Shown: in pieces, positions 52,801 through 64,000 of the stretch
How positions within the stretch are numbered: the stretch's first letter is position 1
How the letters are laid out: each line of letters opens with the position of its first letter
NCBI GenBank assembly: GCA_009914755.4
Contig: CP068257.2
Span: 8,896,001 to 8,960,000, forward strand
Reading direction: 5' to 3'
Source: the human T2T-CHM13v2.0 reference genome, Homo sapiens
Length of the DNA: 64,000 nt
The notes under the pieces: model-generated
Seen by the model: the letters and a program-made list of their open reading frames with translations, nothing else
Databases searched by the model: none
Told to the model about the DNA's origin: nothing
Translations under genes and position numbers: made by a program

Positions 52801-55800
52801 TTCCACTCGAGTCCTATCTGTTCAATTCCATTCCATTCCAGTCCATTCTATTCAATTTTATTAAATTCGATTCGATTCGATTCCATTCCATTCCATTCCA
52901 TTCCATTCCATTAGGGTCCCTTCCATTCCATGTCATTTAGGTCCATTCCACTACATTCCATTTCTTTCGAGTCCATTTCATTTCATTCCATTCCACTTGA
53001 GTCGCTTCCATTCCATTCCATTCCATTGCATTCCACTCGATTCCATTCCATTACATTCCTTTCTATTGGAGTCCAATCCATTCTATTCCATTCCTTTCGC
53101 GTCCATTCCCTTCTGTTCCATTTCATTCGAAGCCATTCCATTCCCTTACATTCACGTCCATTCCATTGCATTCCATTCCATTCCTTTCGAGACCATTCCA
53201 TTCTATTCCATTCCATTAAATTCCATTCAAATCCACTCCATTAAAGTCCATTTCATTCCACTCCATTCCATTAGAGTCCGTTACATTCTATTCCACTCGA
53301 GTCCATTCTATTCCAAAACAATGAAGTCCATTCCATTCCATGCATTTCCATTCCATTCCATTCGAGTACATTCAATTCCATCCCTTTCGAGTCCATTCTA
53401 TTCCATTATATTCCATTCCATTCGAGTCAATTCCCTTCCATACCATTCCGTTCCATTCCATTCCACTCCATTCCACTCCATTCCATTCCATTCCAATCCT
53501 TTCCATTCCATTCCATTCCAATCCATTCCATTCCATTAGAGTCCATTCCATTTCATTCCATTCGCGTCCATTCCATTGCATTCCATTTTATTCCTTTCGA
53601 AACCATTCCATTCCATTCCGTTGGATTCCATTCCATTCCATTCCATTCCATTCGATTTCCCTCCATTCCATTCTATTCCAAATGAGTCCATTCCATTCTA
53701 TTCCATTCGAGTCCATTAAATCCTATCCCATTAGATTCCATTTCATTAGTGTCCATTCAATTATATTCCATTTAATTCCATTCGAGTCCATTAAATTCCA
53801 TTCCATTCCATTCCATTCCATTCCATTCCCTTTGAGTCCATTCTATTCCAGTCCATTCCATTCCGGTCCATTTTCCCATTCCTTTCCATTCCATTCCATT
53901 CTGATCCCTTGAATTCCATTCCATTGGAGTCCATTCCATTCCATTCGAGTTCATTCAATGACATTCCATTCGAGTTCATTCCATTCCGTTTGAGTCCTTT
54001 CCATCACATTCCATTTGAGTTCATTTCATTCCACTCCATTCCGTTCGATTCCATTCCATTCTTTTCCATTCGAGTCCATTCCATTCGATTCCATTCAAGT
54101 CCATTCCATTCCATTCTATTCCTTTTGAGTCCATACCATTCCATTCTTTTCGAGTCTATTCCATTCCAACCCATTCCATTCGAGGCCATTCCATTCCATT
54201 CCAGTCCTTTTGAGTCCATTCCAATCCATTCCATTTGACTCTATTCCACTCATTTCTATTCCATTTATGTCCATTCCATTCCATTTCATTCGAGTCTATT
54301 CCATTGCATTTCATTCCATTCAAGTCCATTCCATTACATTCCTTTTGAGTCCATCTCATTGCATTGCATTCCATTTCTTTCGAGTTCATTCAATTCCATT
54401 TCATTGCATTCCATTCCATTCGTGTCCATTCCATTCTATTCCTTTTGATTCCGTTCCATTCCATTCCATTAGAGTCCCTTCCCTTAAATTCAGTTGAATT
54501 CCATTACAGTCCATTCCATTTCACTCCTTTTGAGTCCATTCCATTCCATTCGAGACTATTCAATTCCATTCCTTTCGAGTCCATTGCATTCCATTCTATT
54601 TCATTCAATTCTATTTCTTTCCATACCATTCCGTTCAATTGCTTTCCATTCCGTTCAATTCTTTTCCACTCCATTCCATTCCATTTCATTTGTATCCATT
54701 CCGTTCCATTCCATTCCATTCCATTCCATTCCATTCTGTTCGATTCCAGTTTATTCCATTCCATTCTATTCGAGTACAATCCATTCCATTCTATTAGACT
54801 CCATTTCATTCCATTCCAATCCATTCTGTTCGGGTCCACACCATTCCATTCAATTCGAGTCCATTCCATTCCATGCCATTCCATTCCATTTCATTCCATT
54901 AGTATCCATTTCATTCCATTCCATTCCATTCCATTCGATACCATTCTATTCCTCTACATTCCATTCCATTCTACTCCATTCAATTCCATTCCATTACATT
55001 CAAGTCCATTCAATTCCATTCGAGTCCATTTCTTAACGTTCCATTCCATTCCTTTTGAGTCCTTTCCATTCCATTCAAGTCTATTCCATTCCGTTTTATA
55101 TAATTCCATTCCATTGCATTCCATTTCATTCCATTGCATTCCATTCCATTCTTTTGCATTCAATTTCATTCGGGTCCATTCCATTCCATAGCATTCGATT
55201 CCATTCCATTCGATTCCATTCCATTCCTCTCCATTCCATTCGAGTCCGTTGCACTCTTTTCCATTCTATTCCATTGTATTTAAATACATTCAAGTGCATT
55301 CCATTCCATTCCATGCCTGTCCTTTCCATTCCATTCGAATAAATTCACTTCCATTCCTTTCAAGTCCATTTGATTCCATTCCATTCTATGCCATTTAAGT
55401 CCATTCGATTCCATACAATTCTTTTCCATTCCATTCCACTCCATTCCATTCGATTCCATTCCATTCCATTCCATTCCACTCCACTCCCTTCCATTCCATT
55501 CCTTTCCCTTCCATTCCATTCCATTCCATTCAATTCCTTTCAATTGATGTCCATTACATTCCAATCCATTCGTGTGCTCTCCATTCCATTCCATTCCATT
55601 CGAGTCCGATCCATTCCAATCTATTCCATTCCATTTGAGTCCATTCCATTGAAATCAATTCCATTCAAGTCCATTCCATTCCATTCCATTCGTGTCCATT
55701 CCGTTCCATTCCATTCGAGTCCATTCCATTCTCTTCCATTCCACTCGATTCCAGTCTATTCCATTCCATTCTATTCCAGTCTATTCCATTCAATTATATT

Positions 55801-58800
55801 CAAGTTGAATCCATTCCAAACCATTGGATTCCATTCCATTCTGTTCCATTCCATTCGATTCCAGTCTATTCCTTTCCATTCTGTTCCAGTCTATTCCATT
55901 CCATTCTATTCAAGTCAAATCCATTTCATTCTATTTGAATCCATTCTATTCCATTCCAACGCATTCCATTCGGTTCCATTCCATTCCATTCAAATCGATT
56001 CCATTCCATTCCATTCCATTCCATTCCATTCCATTCCATTCCATTCCTTTCTAGTCCATTCAATTCCATACCATTTCTCTCGATTCCATTCCATTTCATT
56101 CGAGTCCATTTCTTAACGTTCCATTCCATTCAATTTATGTACTTTCCATTCCATTCAAGTCCATTCCATTCCATTGCATTCCATTCCATTCGGGTCCATT
56201 CCATTCCATTGCATTTAATTCCATTCCATTCCATTCAGATCCATTCCTTTCCATTAGAGTCCATTCCATTCCTTTCCATTCCATTCCATTCCATTCGAGT
56301 CCTTTCCATTCCATTCCAGTCCATTGCATTCGGGTCCATTCCAATCCATTCCATTCTATTGCATTCCACTGTATTGAATTTCATTCCAGTCCTTTCCATT
56401 CCACTCGAGTCCTATCCATTCCATTCCATTCCATTAGAGTCCATTCTATTCAATTCCAATCCATTGGTTTTCATTCCATTCCGTTAGCGTCCATTCTATT
56501 CAATTCCATTCCATTCGTTTTCTTTCCATTCCATTCCGTTCCATTCCATTCCATTCCATTCGAATCCATTCCATTGTATTCCATCAATTCCATTCAATTC
56601 CAGTCCATTCGGGTCCCTTCCTTTCTATTTCATTTGGGTACATTCCATTGCATTCCTTTTCTTTCGAGTCCATTCCTTTCCATTCCATTCCATTCATGTC
56701 GATTCCCTTCCATTCCATTCCATTCGAGTACATTCCATTCCATTCGAATACATTCCTTTCCATTCCATTCCATTGGAGTCCATTCCATTCTATTCCATTC
56801 CATTTGAGTCCATTCCATTCCATTCCATTTCATTCGATTCCATTCCATTCCATTCCATTCGAGTCCATTCCATTCCAGTCCATTCTCGTGCATTCCATTG
56901 AATTCCATTCCACTCCTTTCAAGACCATGCCATTCCTTTCGAGTCTGTTCCATTCCATTCCATTCGAGTACATTCCATTCCATTCCATTCCAATCGAATC
57001 CATTCCATTCTATTCCATATGAGTCCATTCCATTCCATAACATTAGATTCAATTCCATTAGTTTCCATTCATTTGTATTCCATTCCATTCAAGTCCACGC
57101 CATTTCATTCAATTCCATTTCCTTCGAGCCAATGCCATTGCATTCCATTCCATTCCATTCCCTTCCCTTCCATTCCATTCCATTCCATTCTATTCCACTT
57201 CATTCCCTTCCATTGCATTTCATTCCATTCCATTACAATCCATTCCGGTCCATTCCTTTCCATTCGAGTCCATTCGATTACATTACATTCCAGTCCATTC
57301 CATTCCATTCGAGTCCATTCCATTAAATTCCATTCGAGTTCATTTCTTTCCACTCCATTCCATTGGATTCCATTCCATTCCGGTCCATTCCAATTCATTC
57401 CATTCCATTCCATTCTGTTCCATTCGAGGCCATTCCATTCCATTCGAGTCCATTCCAATCCATTCCATTCGAGTCCATTCCATTCCAGTCTATTCCATTT
57501 GAGTCCATTCCATTCCATTCTTTTCGATTCCATTCCATTCCAACCAATTTCATTCGTGTCCATTCCATTCCATTTCATTCGAATCAATTCCATTCCATTC
57601 CGTTCCATTGGAGTCCATTCCATTCCATTCCATTCGAATCCGTTCCATTCCATTCCTTTCGGTTCCATTCCATTCAGTTCAATTCCAGTCCATTCCATTC
57701 CATTTGGGTGCATTCCAATCCATTGCATTCCATTCCATTCCATTCGAGTCCATTTCATTCAATTCCATTCCGTTCCAGTCATTTCGATTGCATTCAATTC
57801 CATTTCATTTCACTCTGTTAGTGTCCACTCCATTCAATTCCATAAGAGTCCTTTGCATTCCATTCTATTCCATTTGAGTTCAATACATTCCATTCCATTC
57901 GAGTCCATTACATTCCAACCCATTTCATTTGAGTCCACTCCTTTCCATTCCATTCGAATCCATTCCATTCTGTTCCATTCCATTGGAGTCCTTTCCATTC
58001 CATTCCATTTGAGTATATTCCATTACATTCCATGCCATTTGTGTCCACTCCATTCAAGTCCATTTGAGTCAATTCCATTCCTTTCCTCTTGAGTCCATCC
58101 CATTGCATTCCATTCCATATAGTTCGAGTCCATTCAATTCCATTCCGTTCCATTCCAGTCCATTCCATTCCTTTCCCTTCGAGTCCATCTAATTGAATTC
58201 CATTCCATTGGAATCCATTCCGTTCTCTTCCTTTCGAGTCCGTTCCTTTCCATTCCATTAGAGTCCCTTCCCTTAAATTCAATTGAATTCCTTTCGAGTC
58301 CATTCCACCCCATTCCATTCTTATCCATTCCATTCCATTCGACCCTATTCACTTCCCTTCCTTTCAAGTCCATTCCATTCCATTCTATTTCATTCAAGTC
58401 CATTCCTTTCCATTCCATTCCATTCCGTTCATTTCCATTCCATTTGATTCCATTCCATTCCATTCATGTCCACTCCGTTCCATTCCTTTTGAGTCCAATA
58501 CATTCCATTCCATTCCGTTTGATTCCAGTCTATTCCATTCCTTTCTATTCGAGTCAAATCCACTCCATTCTATTTGAGTTTACTCCATTCCATTCCAATC
58601 CATTCCATGCGGGTCCATTCCATTCCATTCAATTCCAGTCCACTCAATTCTATTCCATTCCATTCCATTCCATTCCATTCCATTCCATTCCATTCAGGTC
58701 ACTTCCATTCTATTTCATTTGGATCCATTCCATTACATACCATTTCTTTAAAGGCCATTCCAATCCATTCCATTCCACTCGGGTCTATTCCATTCCATTC

Positions 58801-59519
58801 CATTCAGTTTGAGGCCATTCCATTCCTTTCCATTCCATTCGAGTCCATTCCATTCCATTCCATTCCATTCCATCCCATTCCATTCCATTCCATTCCATTC
58901 ATTTCGAGTGCATTCAATTCAGCTGCATTTCATTCGAATCTATTCCATTCCATTCCATTCTATTCCATTGGCGTCCATTAAATTCCATTCCCTTCCATTA
59001 GTGTCCATTCCATTACAATCCATTCGAATCCATTCCATTCCATTCCATTCCTTTCGAGTCCATTCCATTCCATTCCATGTTATTCTGTTCCGTTCTGTTC
59101 CATTTCATTCCATTCCATTCTATTTGTGTCCATTCCATTCCATTCCATTACAGTCCATTCCATTCCATTCTATTCGAGTCCATTCCATTCATTTCTATTC
59201 GAGTCCATTACACTCCGTTACAAGCCATTCCATTTGGATCAATAGCATTCCATTCTATTGGAGTACATTCCATTCCATTCCATTGAATTTCATTCCATTC
59301 CATTCTTTTCTAGTCCATTCGTTTCCATTCCATTCCATTCGGGTCCATTCCATTCCATTCAATTCCATTCCATTCCATTCCATTCCATTCCATTCCATTC
59401 GGGTTCCATCCATTCTATTTCATTTGTATCCTTTCCACTACATACCATTTCTTTCAAGGCCATTCCAATCCATTCCATTCCACTCAATTCAATTCCATTC
59501 CATTCCATTTGAGTCCATT

Positions 59520-62500
59520 CCATTCATTCCCATTCCATTCCATTCCATTCCATTCCATTCCATTCCATTCCACTCCATTCCATTCCACTCAATTCCATTC
59601 CATTCCACTCCACTCTACTCCCCTCTACTCGACTCTAATCCACCACATCCATTCCATTCCTTTTCATTCCACTGGATTCCATTCCATTCCACTCCACTCA
59701 ACTCCATTCCAATCCACTGCACTCCACTCCTTTCCATCCATTTCTAGTGCACTCTGACCGACTCCAAACAACTCCACTCCACTCCACTCTATTCTCTTCC
59801 ACTCCGTTACATTATGTTCCGTTCCATTCCACTCCATTCCATTCCAATCCTCTCCATTCTATTCCATTCCAATGCTCTCCATTCCACTCCACTCCTTTTC
59901 ACTCCATTCCACTCCATTACACTCCATTCCACTCCATTCCATGCCATTCCACTCTTTTCCATTCCTGCCCACTCATTCGACCCAACTCCACTCCACTCCT
60001 TTTCATTCCATTCCACTCCATTCCACTCCACTCATTTCAATTCCTCCCCACTCCATTCCATTCTATTCCACACCACTCCACTCTACTTCATCGCATTTCA
60101 TTCAATTCAATTTAATGCTATTCGATTCCATTCTGTTCGATTCCATTCCATTCAAATTCATTACATTCGAGTCCAATCCGTTTTAGTCCATTCCATTCCT
60201 GTCTATTCCATTTGAGAACCCATTCCATTCCATTCCACTCCACTCCCTTCCGTTTCTCTCCACTCCATTCCATTCCACTCCATTACACTTCACTCCACTT
60301 CACGGCATTCCATTCGATTCCATTCGTTGCCATTCGATTCCATTCCATTCGATTGCATTCCTATTGATTCCAGTACATTTGATTCATTTCCGTTCGATTC
60401 CATTCGATTCAATTACATAAAATTCTGTTTCATTCCATTCAAATCCATTCCTTTCCATTCCATTCCATTGCGTTCAATTCCATTCCATTGCATTCCATTC
60501 CATTCGATTCCATTCCATTCCACTCCATTCCATTCCATTCCATCACATTCCATTCGATTCCATTCCATTCGAGTGCATTACTTTCCAGTCAGTTGCATTC
60601 AATTCCATTTGATTCGATTCCATTCCATTCCATCTCATTCCATTCGATTCCATTCCATTCCAGTCAGTTGCATTCGAATCCATTTGATTCGATCCCATTC
60701 CATTCCATCTCATTCCATTCGATTCCATTCCATTCCAGTGCATTACATTCCAGTCAGTTGCATTGGATTCCATTACATTCCACTACATTCCACTGCATTC
60801 CACTCCATTCCATTCCATTCAACTGCATTCCACTGCATTCCACTCCATTCCATTCCATTCGACTCCATTTCACTGTACTGCACTCCACTCCATTCTATTC
60901 CACCCCATTCCATTCCATTCCACTCCACTCCACTTCACCACATTCTGTTCAATACCATTGGATTCAATTCGATTCCATTCGATGCCATTCGATTCCATTC
61001 CATTCGATTCCATTCCATTCGACTCCATTCAATTTGATTCCATTCCTTTTGATTCCATTCCATTCGAGTCCATGCCATTTCATTCCATTCCATTCCATTC
61101 CGTTCCTTTCGATTCCATTCCATTCTATTCCATTGCCTTCCATTCCATTCCATTCGTGTCCATTCCAATCCTGTGCATTCCATTCGATTCCATTCTATTC
61201 GATTCCATTACATTCCATTCGATTGCATTCCACTCGATTCCATTCCCATTGAGTCCATTCCTTTTGTGTGCATTCCATTAGTGTCCATTTCATTCCAGTT
61301 CAATCCATTCGAGTCCATTCTATTCCATTCCATTCCATTCATTATCACCCCTTTCCAATCCATTCCATTCCATTCCAAACTATTGCATTACATTCCATTT
61401 GATTCCATTCCATTCAAGTCCATTCCATTCGTGTCCATTACACCCGAATCCATTCCATTCCATTCTGTTCCACTGCATTCCATTCCATTCCATTCGTTTG
61501 CATTCCATTCTAACCCACTCCACTCCACAACACTCCGTTCTATACCATTCCTTCCCATTGCATTCCATTCCACTGCATTCCACTCCACTCCACTCCATTA
61601 AATTTCATACCACCCCATTCCATTCCACTACATTCCACTTTACTCCACTTCAGTTCTCCGCATTCCATTCGATTTCATTCGATGCCATTGGATTCCATTC
61701 CATTTGATTCCATTGCTTTGGATCCCATTCCATTCGATTCTATTCAGTTTGATTCCATTAAATTCGATCCCATTCCATTCGATTCCTTTCCATTTAAATA
61801 CATTCCAATGGCGTGCATTCCATTCCATTCCATTCCATTCCATTCCATTCCATTCCATTCCATTCCATTCCATTTCATTCCATTCGATTCCATTCTCTTT
61901 GATTCCATTCCATTCGATTCCATTCCATTCCATTCTAATGCATTCCATTCCATTCCATTTCATTCCATTCCATTCCGTTCCACTCCATTCCGTTCCACTG
62001 CATTCCATTCCACTCCATTCCATTCCATTCAGTTCCACTCCATTCCGTTCCACTGCATTCCATTCCACTCCATTCCATTCCATTCCATTCCTTTCGATTG
62101 ATTCCGTTCAATGTCATTCCTGTCGATTCAATTCCATTCCTTTCCATTCCATTCGAATCCATTCTATTCGTTTCCATTCCATTCGAGTAAATTCCATTCG
62201 AGGCCATTCCGTTCCATTCCATTCCATTCCGTTCCATCGTACTCCATTCCACTCCACTCCATTCCGTTCCATTGCATTTCATTTCACTCCATTCCACTCC
62301 ATTCCATTCCACACGACTCCATTCCATTCCATTGCACTGCATTCCACTCCCCTCTACTACCCTCAAATCCGTTCAAATCCATTCCTTCCCTTTCCACTGC
62401 ATTCCACTCCAGTACACTGCACTCATTTCCATTCCACCCCTTTCCATTCCACTCCATTCCACTTCACTCCACTTTATTTCATCGCCTTCCATTCGATTCC

Positions 62501-64000
62501 CTTCTATGCCACTGGATTCCATTCCATTCGATTCCATTGCATTCGATCCCATTACATTTGATTCCCTTAAATTCGATTCCATTCCATTCGATTCTCTTCC
62601 ATTCGATCCCACTCTGTTCTATTCCATTCCATTTGAGTCCATTCCATTGAAGTCCATTCCATTCCATTCCAGTCCATTCCAATCCATTCCATTCCATTCC
62701 ATTCCAATCCATTGCATTCGATTCCATTCCATTCGATTCCATTCCATTCCATTCCATTCATGTCCTTTCCATTCGATTCCTTTCTATTCAATTCCATTCC
62801 ATTCGATTCCATTCCATTCGATTCCATTCCATTCCATTCCATTCATGTCCTTTCCATTCGATTCCTTTCTATTCAATTCCATTCCATTCGAGTCCATTCC
62901 ATTCCGGTCCATTATATTCGAGGCTATTCCATTTGAGGCCATTGCATTTCATTCATTTGTATTCCAGTCCTTTCCCTTCCTTTCCCCTCCATTCCACCAC
63001 TCTCCATTCCATTCCATTCGTTTCCACTCCAATCCATTCCACTCCTTTCCATTCCACTCCACTCTGTTCCATTCCACTGCATTCCATTCAACTCCACTCC
63101 ACTTCATTCAACTTTCTTCAAATCCATTCCTTCCCATTCCATTCCATTCTACAGCATTGCACTCCACTACACTCCATTCAATTCCATTTCACCCCATTCC
63201 ATTCCACTCCATTCCACTCCACTCCACTTCACTACATTCCATTTGATTCCATTTGATGCCATGCGATTCTATTCAATGTGATTCCTTTCCATGCCATTCC
63301 ATTCCATTCAATTCCATTCCATTCTATTCCGTTCCATTTGATTTGATTCCATTCCTTTCCATTCCATTCCATTGCATTCCACTCTACTCCATTGCATTTC
63401 ATTCAACTACACTACACTCCATTCCACTTCACTTAATTCCATTCCATTCCATTGCATTCCACTCTACTGCATTGCATGTCATTCAACTCCACTACACTCC
63501 ATTCCACTCCACTTCATTCCATTCCATTCCATTCCTCTCCATTCCATTCCATTCCATTCTACTCCATTCCATTCCATTCCACTCCATTCCACTCCACTCC
63601 TCTCCACTCCATTCCATTCCATTCATTCCGTTCCATTCTATCCCCCATCACTCCACTCCACTCCAATCCACTCCAATCCACTCCATTCCATTCCACTCCA
63701 CTCCAGTCCACTCAACTCCATTTCATTCCAATCCACTCCACGCCACTAAACTGCTATCCATTCCATTGCATTCCATTGCGTTCCACTCCACTCCCCTCCG
63801 TTCACTTCTATTCTTTCCCATTTCATTCCATTCCACTCCACTCCACCCATTCCATTGCATTCCATTGCGTTCCAATCTACTCCACTTTGCTCCTCTCCAT
63901 TCACCTCCGTTCCTTCCCATTCTGTTCCACTCCTTTCCACTCCACTGCACTCCATTCAATCCATTCTACACTATTCCATTCCAATCCATTCCTCTCCACT
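59520..64000 (+). repeat. Composite satellite that alternates CCACTCC/CCATTCC-rich blocks with CGATTCCATTCGATTCC-rich blocks (HSat2/3-like).
   Basis: gagtcc units stop at about 59513. After that, runs of ccactccattccactcc alternate with runs of cattcgattccattcgattcc. Similar switch points recur at about 60080, 60295, 60930, 61640, 62460 and 63225. Confidence 0.7.
60560..60745 (+). repeat. Tandem duplication of about 90 bp inside the CGATTCC-rich block.
   Basis: The sequence tccattcgattccattccattccagtcagttgcattc.aatccatttgattcgat.ccattccattccatctcattcc is repeated. Confidence 0.65.

Larger units (their letters stand above)
26290..59520 (+). repeat. A more degenerate (CATTC)n variant dominated by CCATTCGAGTCCATTCC-type decamers. 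It is in the same strand orientation as the preceding domain.
   Basis: Motifs switch at about 26290 from ccactcgagttgattcc to ccattcgagtccattccattcc. The sequence is more divergent and the CpG-containing cgag/cgtg/cgaat variants are frequent. Confidence 0.8.

Noticed and set aside
8910-63959. Numerous minus-strand ORFs translating as MEWNGMEWNG… (for example 33912..34430 at 172 aa, 57105..57758 at 217 aa).
   Set aside because: These are the reverse-strand reading of the same pentamer satellite (GAATGGAATGG). No start or stop context, codon usage or domain content supports coding.
8726-64000. Possible CRISPR array or prokaryotic defence locus, as suggested by the task framing.
   Set aside because: The sequence is a regular short tandem repeat with no unique spacers, no cas-like coding capacity and no leader. 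It is eukaryotic satellite DNA.
8726-64000. Strand inversion or palindromic organisation within the pentamer arrays.
   Set aside because: The CATTC-rich strand stays on + throughout. No GGAAT-rich + strand segment was seen.
1-64000. tRNA, rRNA, telomeric TTAGGG or other RNA-gene signals.
   Set aside because: None was seen. All sequence is accounted for by alpha-satellite or pentameric-satellite repeats.

Overview
The whole 64 kb window is eukaryotic (peri)centromeric satellite DNA, primate or human type. I find no protein-coding genes, RNA genes or mobile elements. Positions 1-8725 are a tandem array of about 51 alpha-satellite monomers with a 171-172 bp period. They read as the reverse complement of the conventional consensus and are divergent, with an irregular mix of two monomer types rather than a homogeneous higher-order repeat. 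Only two intact CENP-B boxes survive (117-133 and 289-305). The array ends abruptly inside a monomer at about 8725. From about 8726 to the window end the + strand is pentameric (CATTC)n satellite of the HSat3/HSat2 class. I see three compositional domains. Domain B (8726 to about 26290) is (CATTC)n punctuated by a recurring 80-100 bp anchor containing CCACTCGAGTTGATTCC ... GCATTCGAGGCCACTTCATTCC ... TCTTCGGGTCCATTCAATTCAAATGCATTCC. Domain C (about 26290-59520) is a more degenerate CATTCGAGTCCATTCC-type variant. Domain D (about 59520-64000) alternates CCACTCC/CCATTCC blocks with CGATTCCATTCGATTCC blocks. Several local tandem duplications and one dispersed duplication sit inside the HSat part. 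Every ORF in the supplied six-frame track is a compositional artefact. The pentamer strand lacks stop codons and translates as HSIPF or MEWNG repeats, and the alpha monomers give the same peptide every 171 bp. No previously undescribed gene system is supportable here. What is worth a second look is structural: the junction, the decay of CENP-B boxes, the subfamily switches and the nested duplications.
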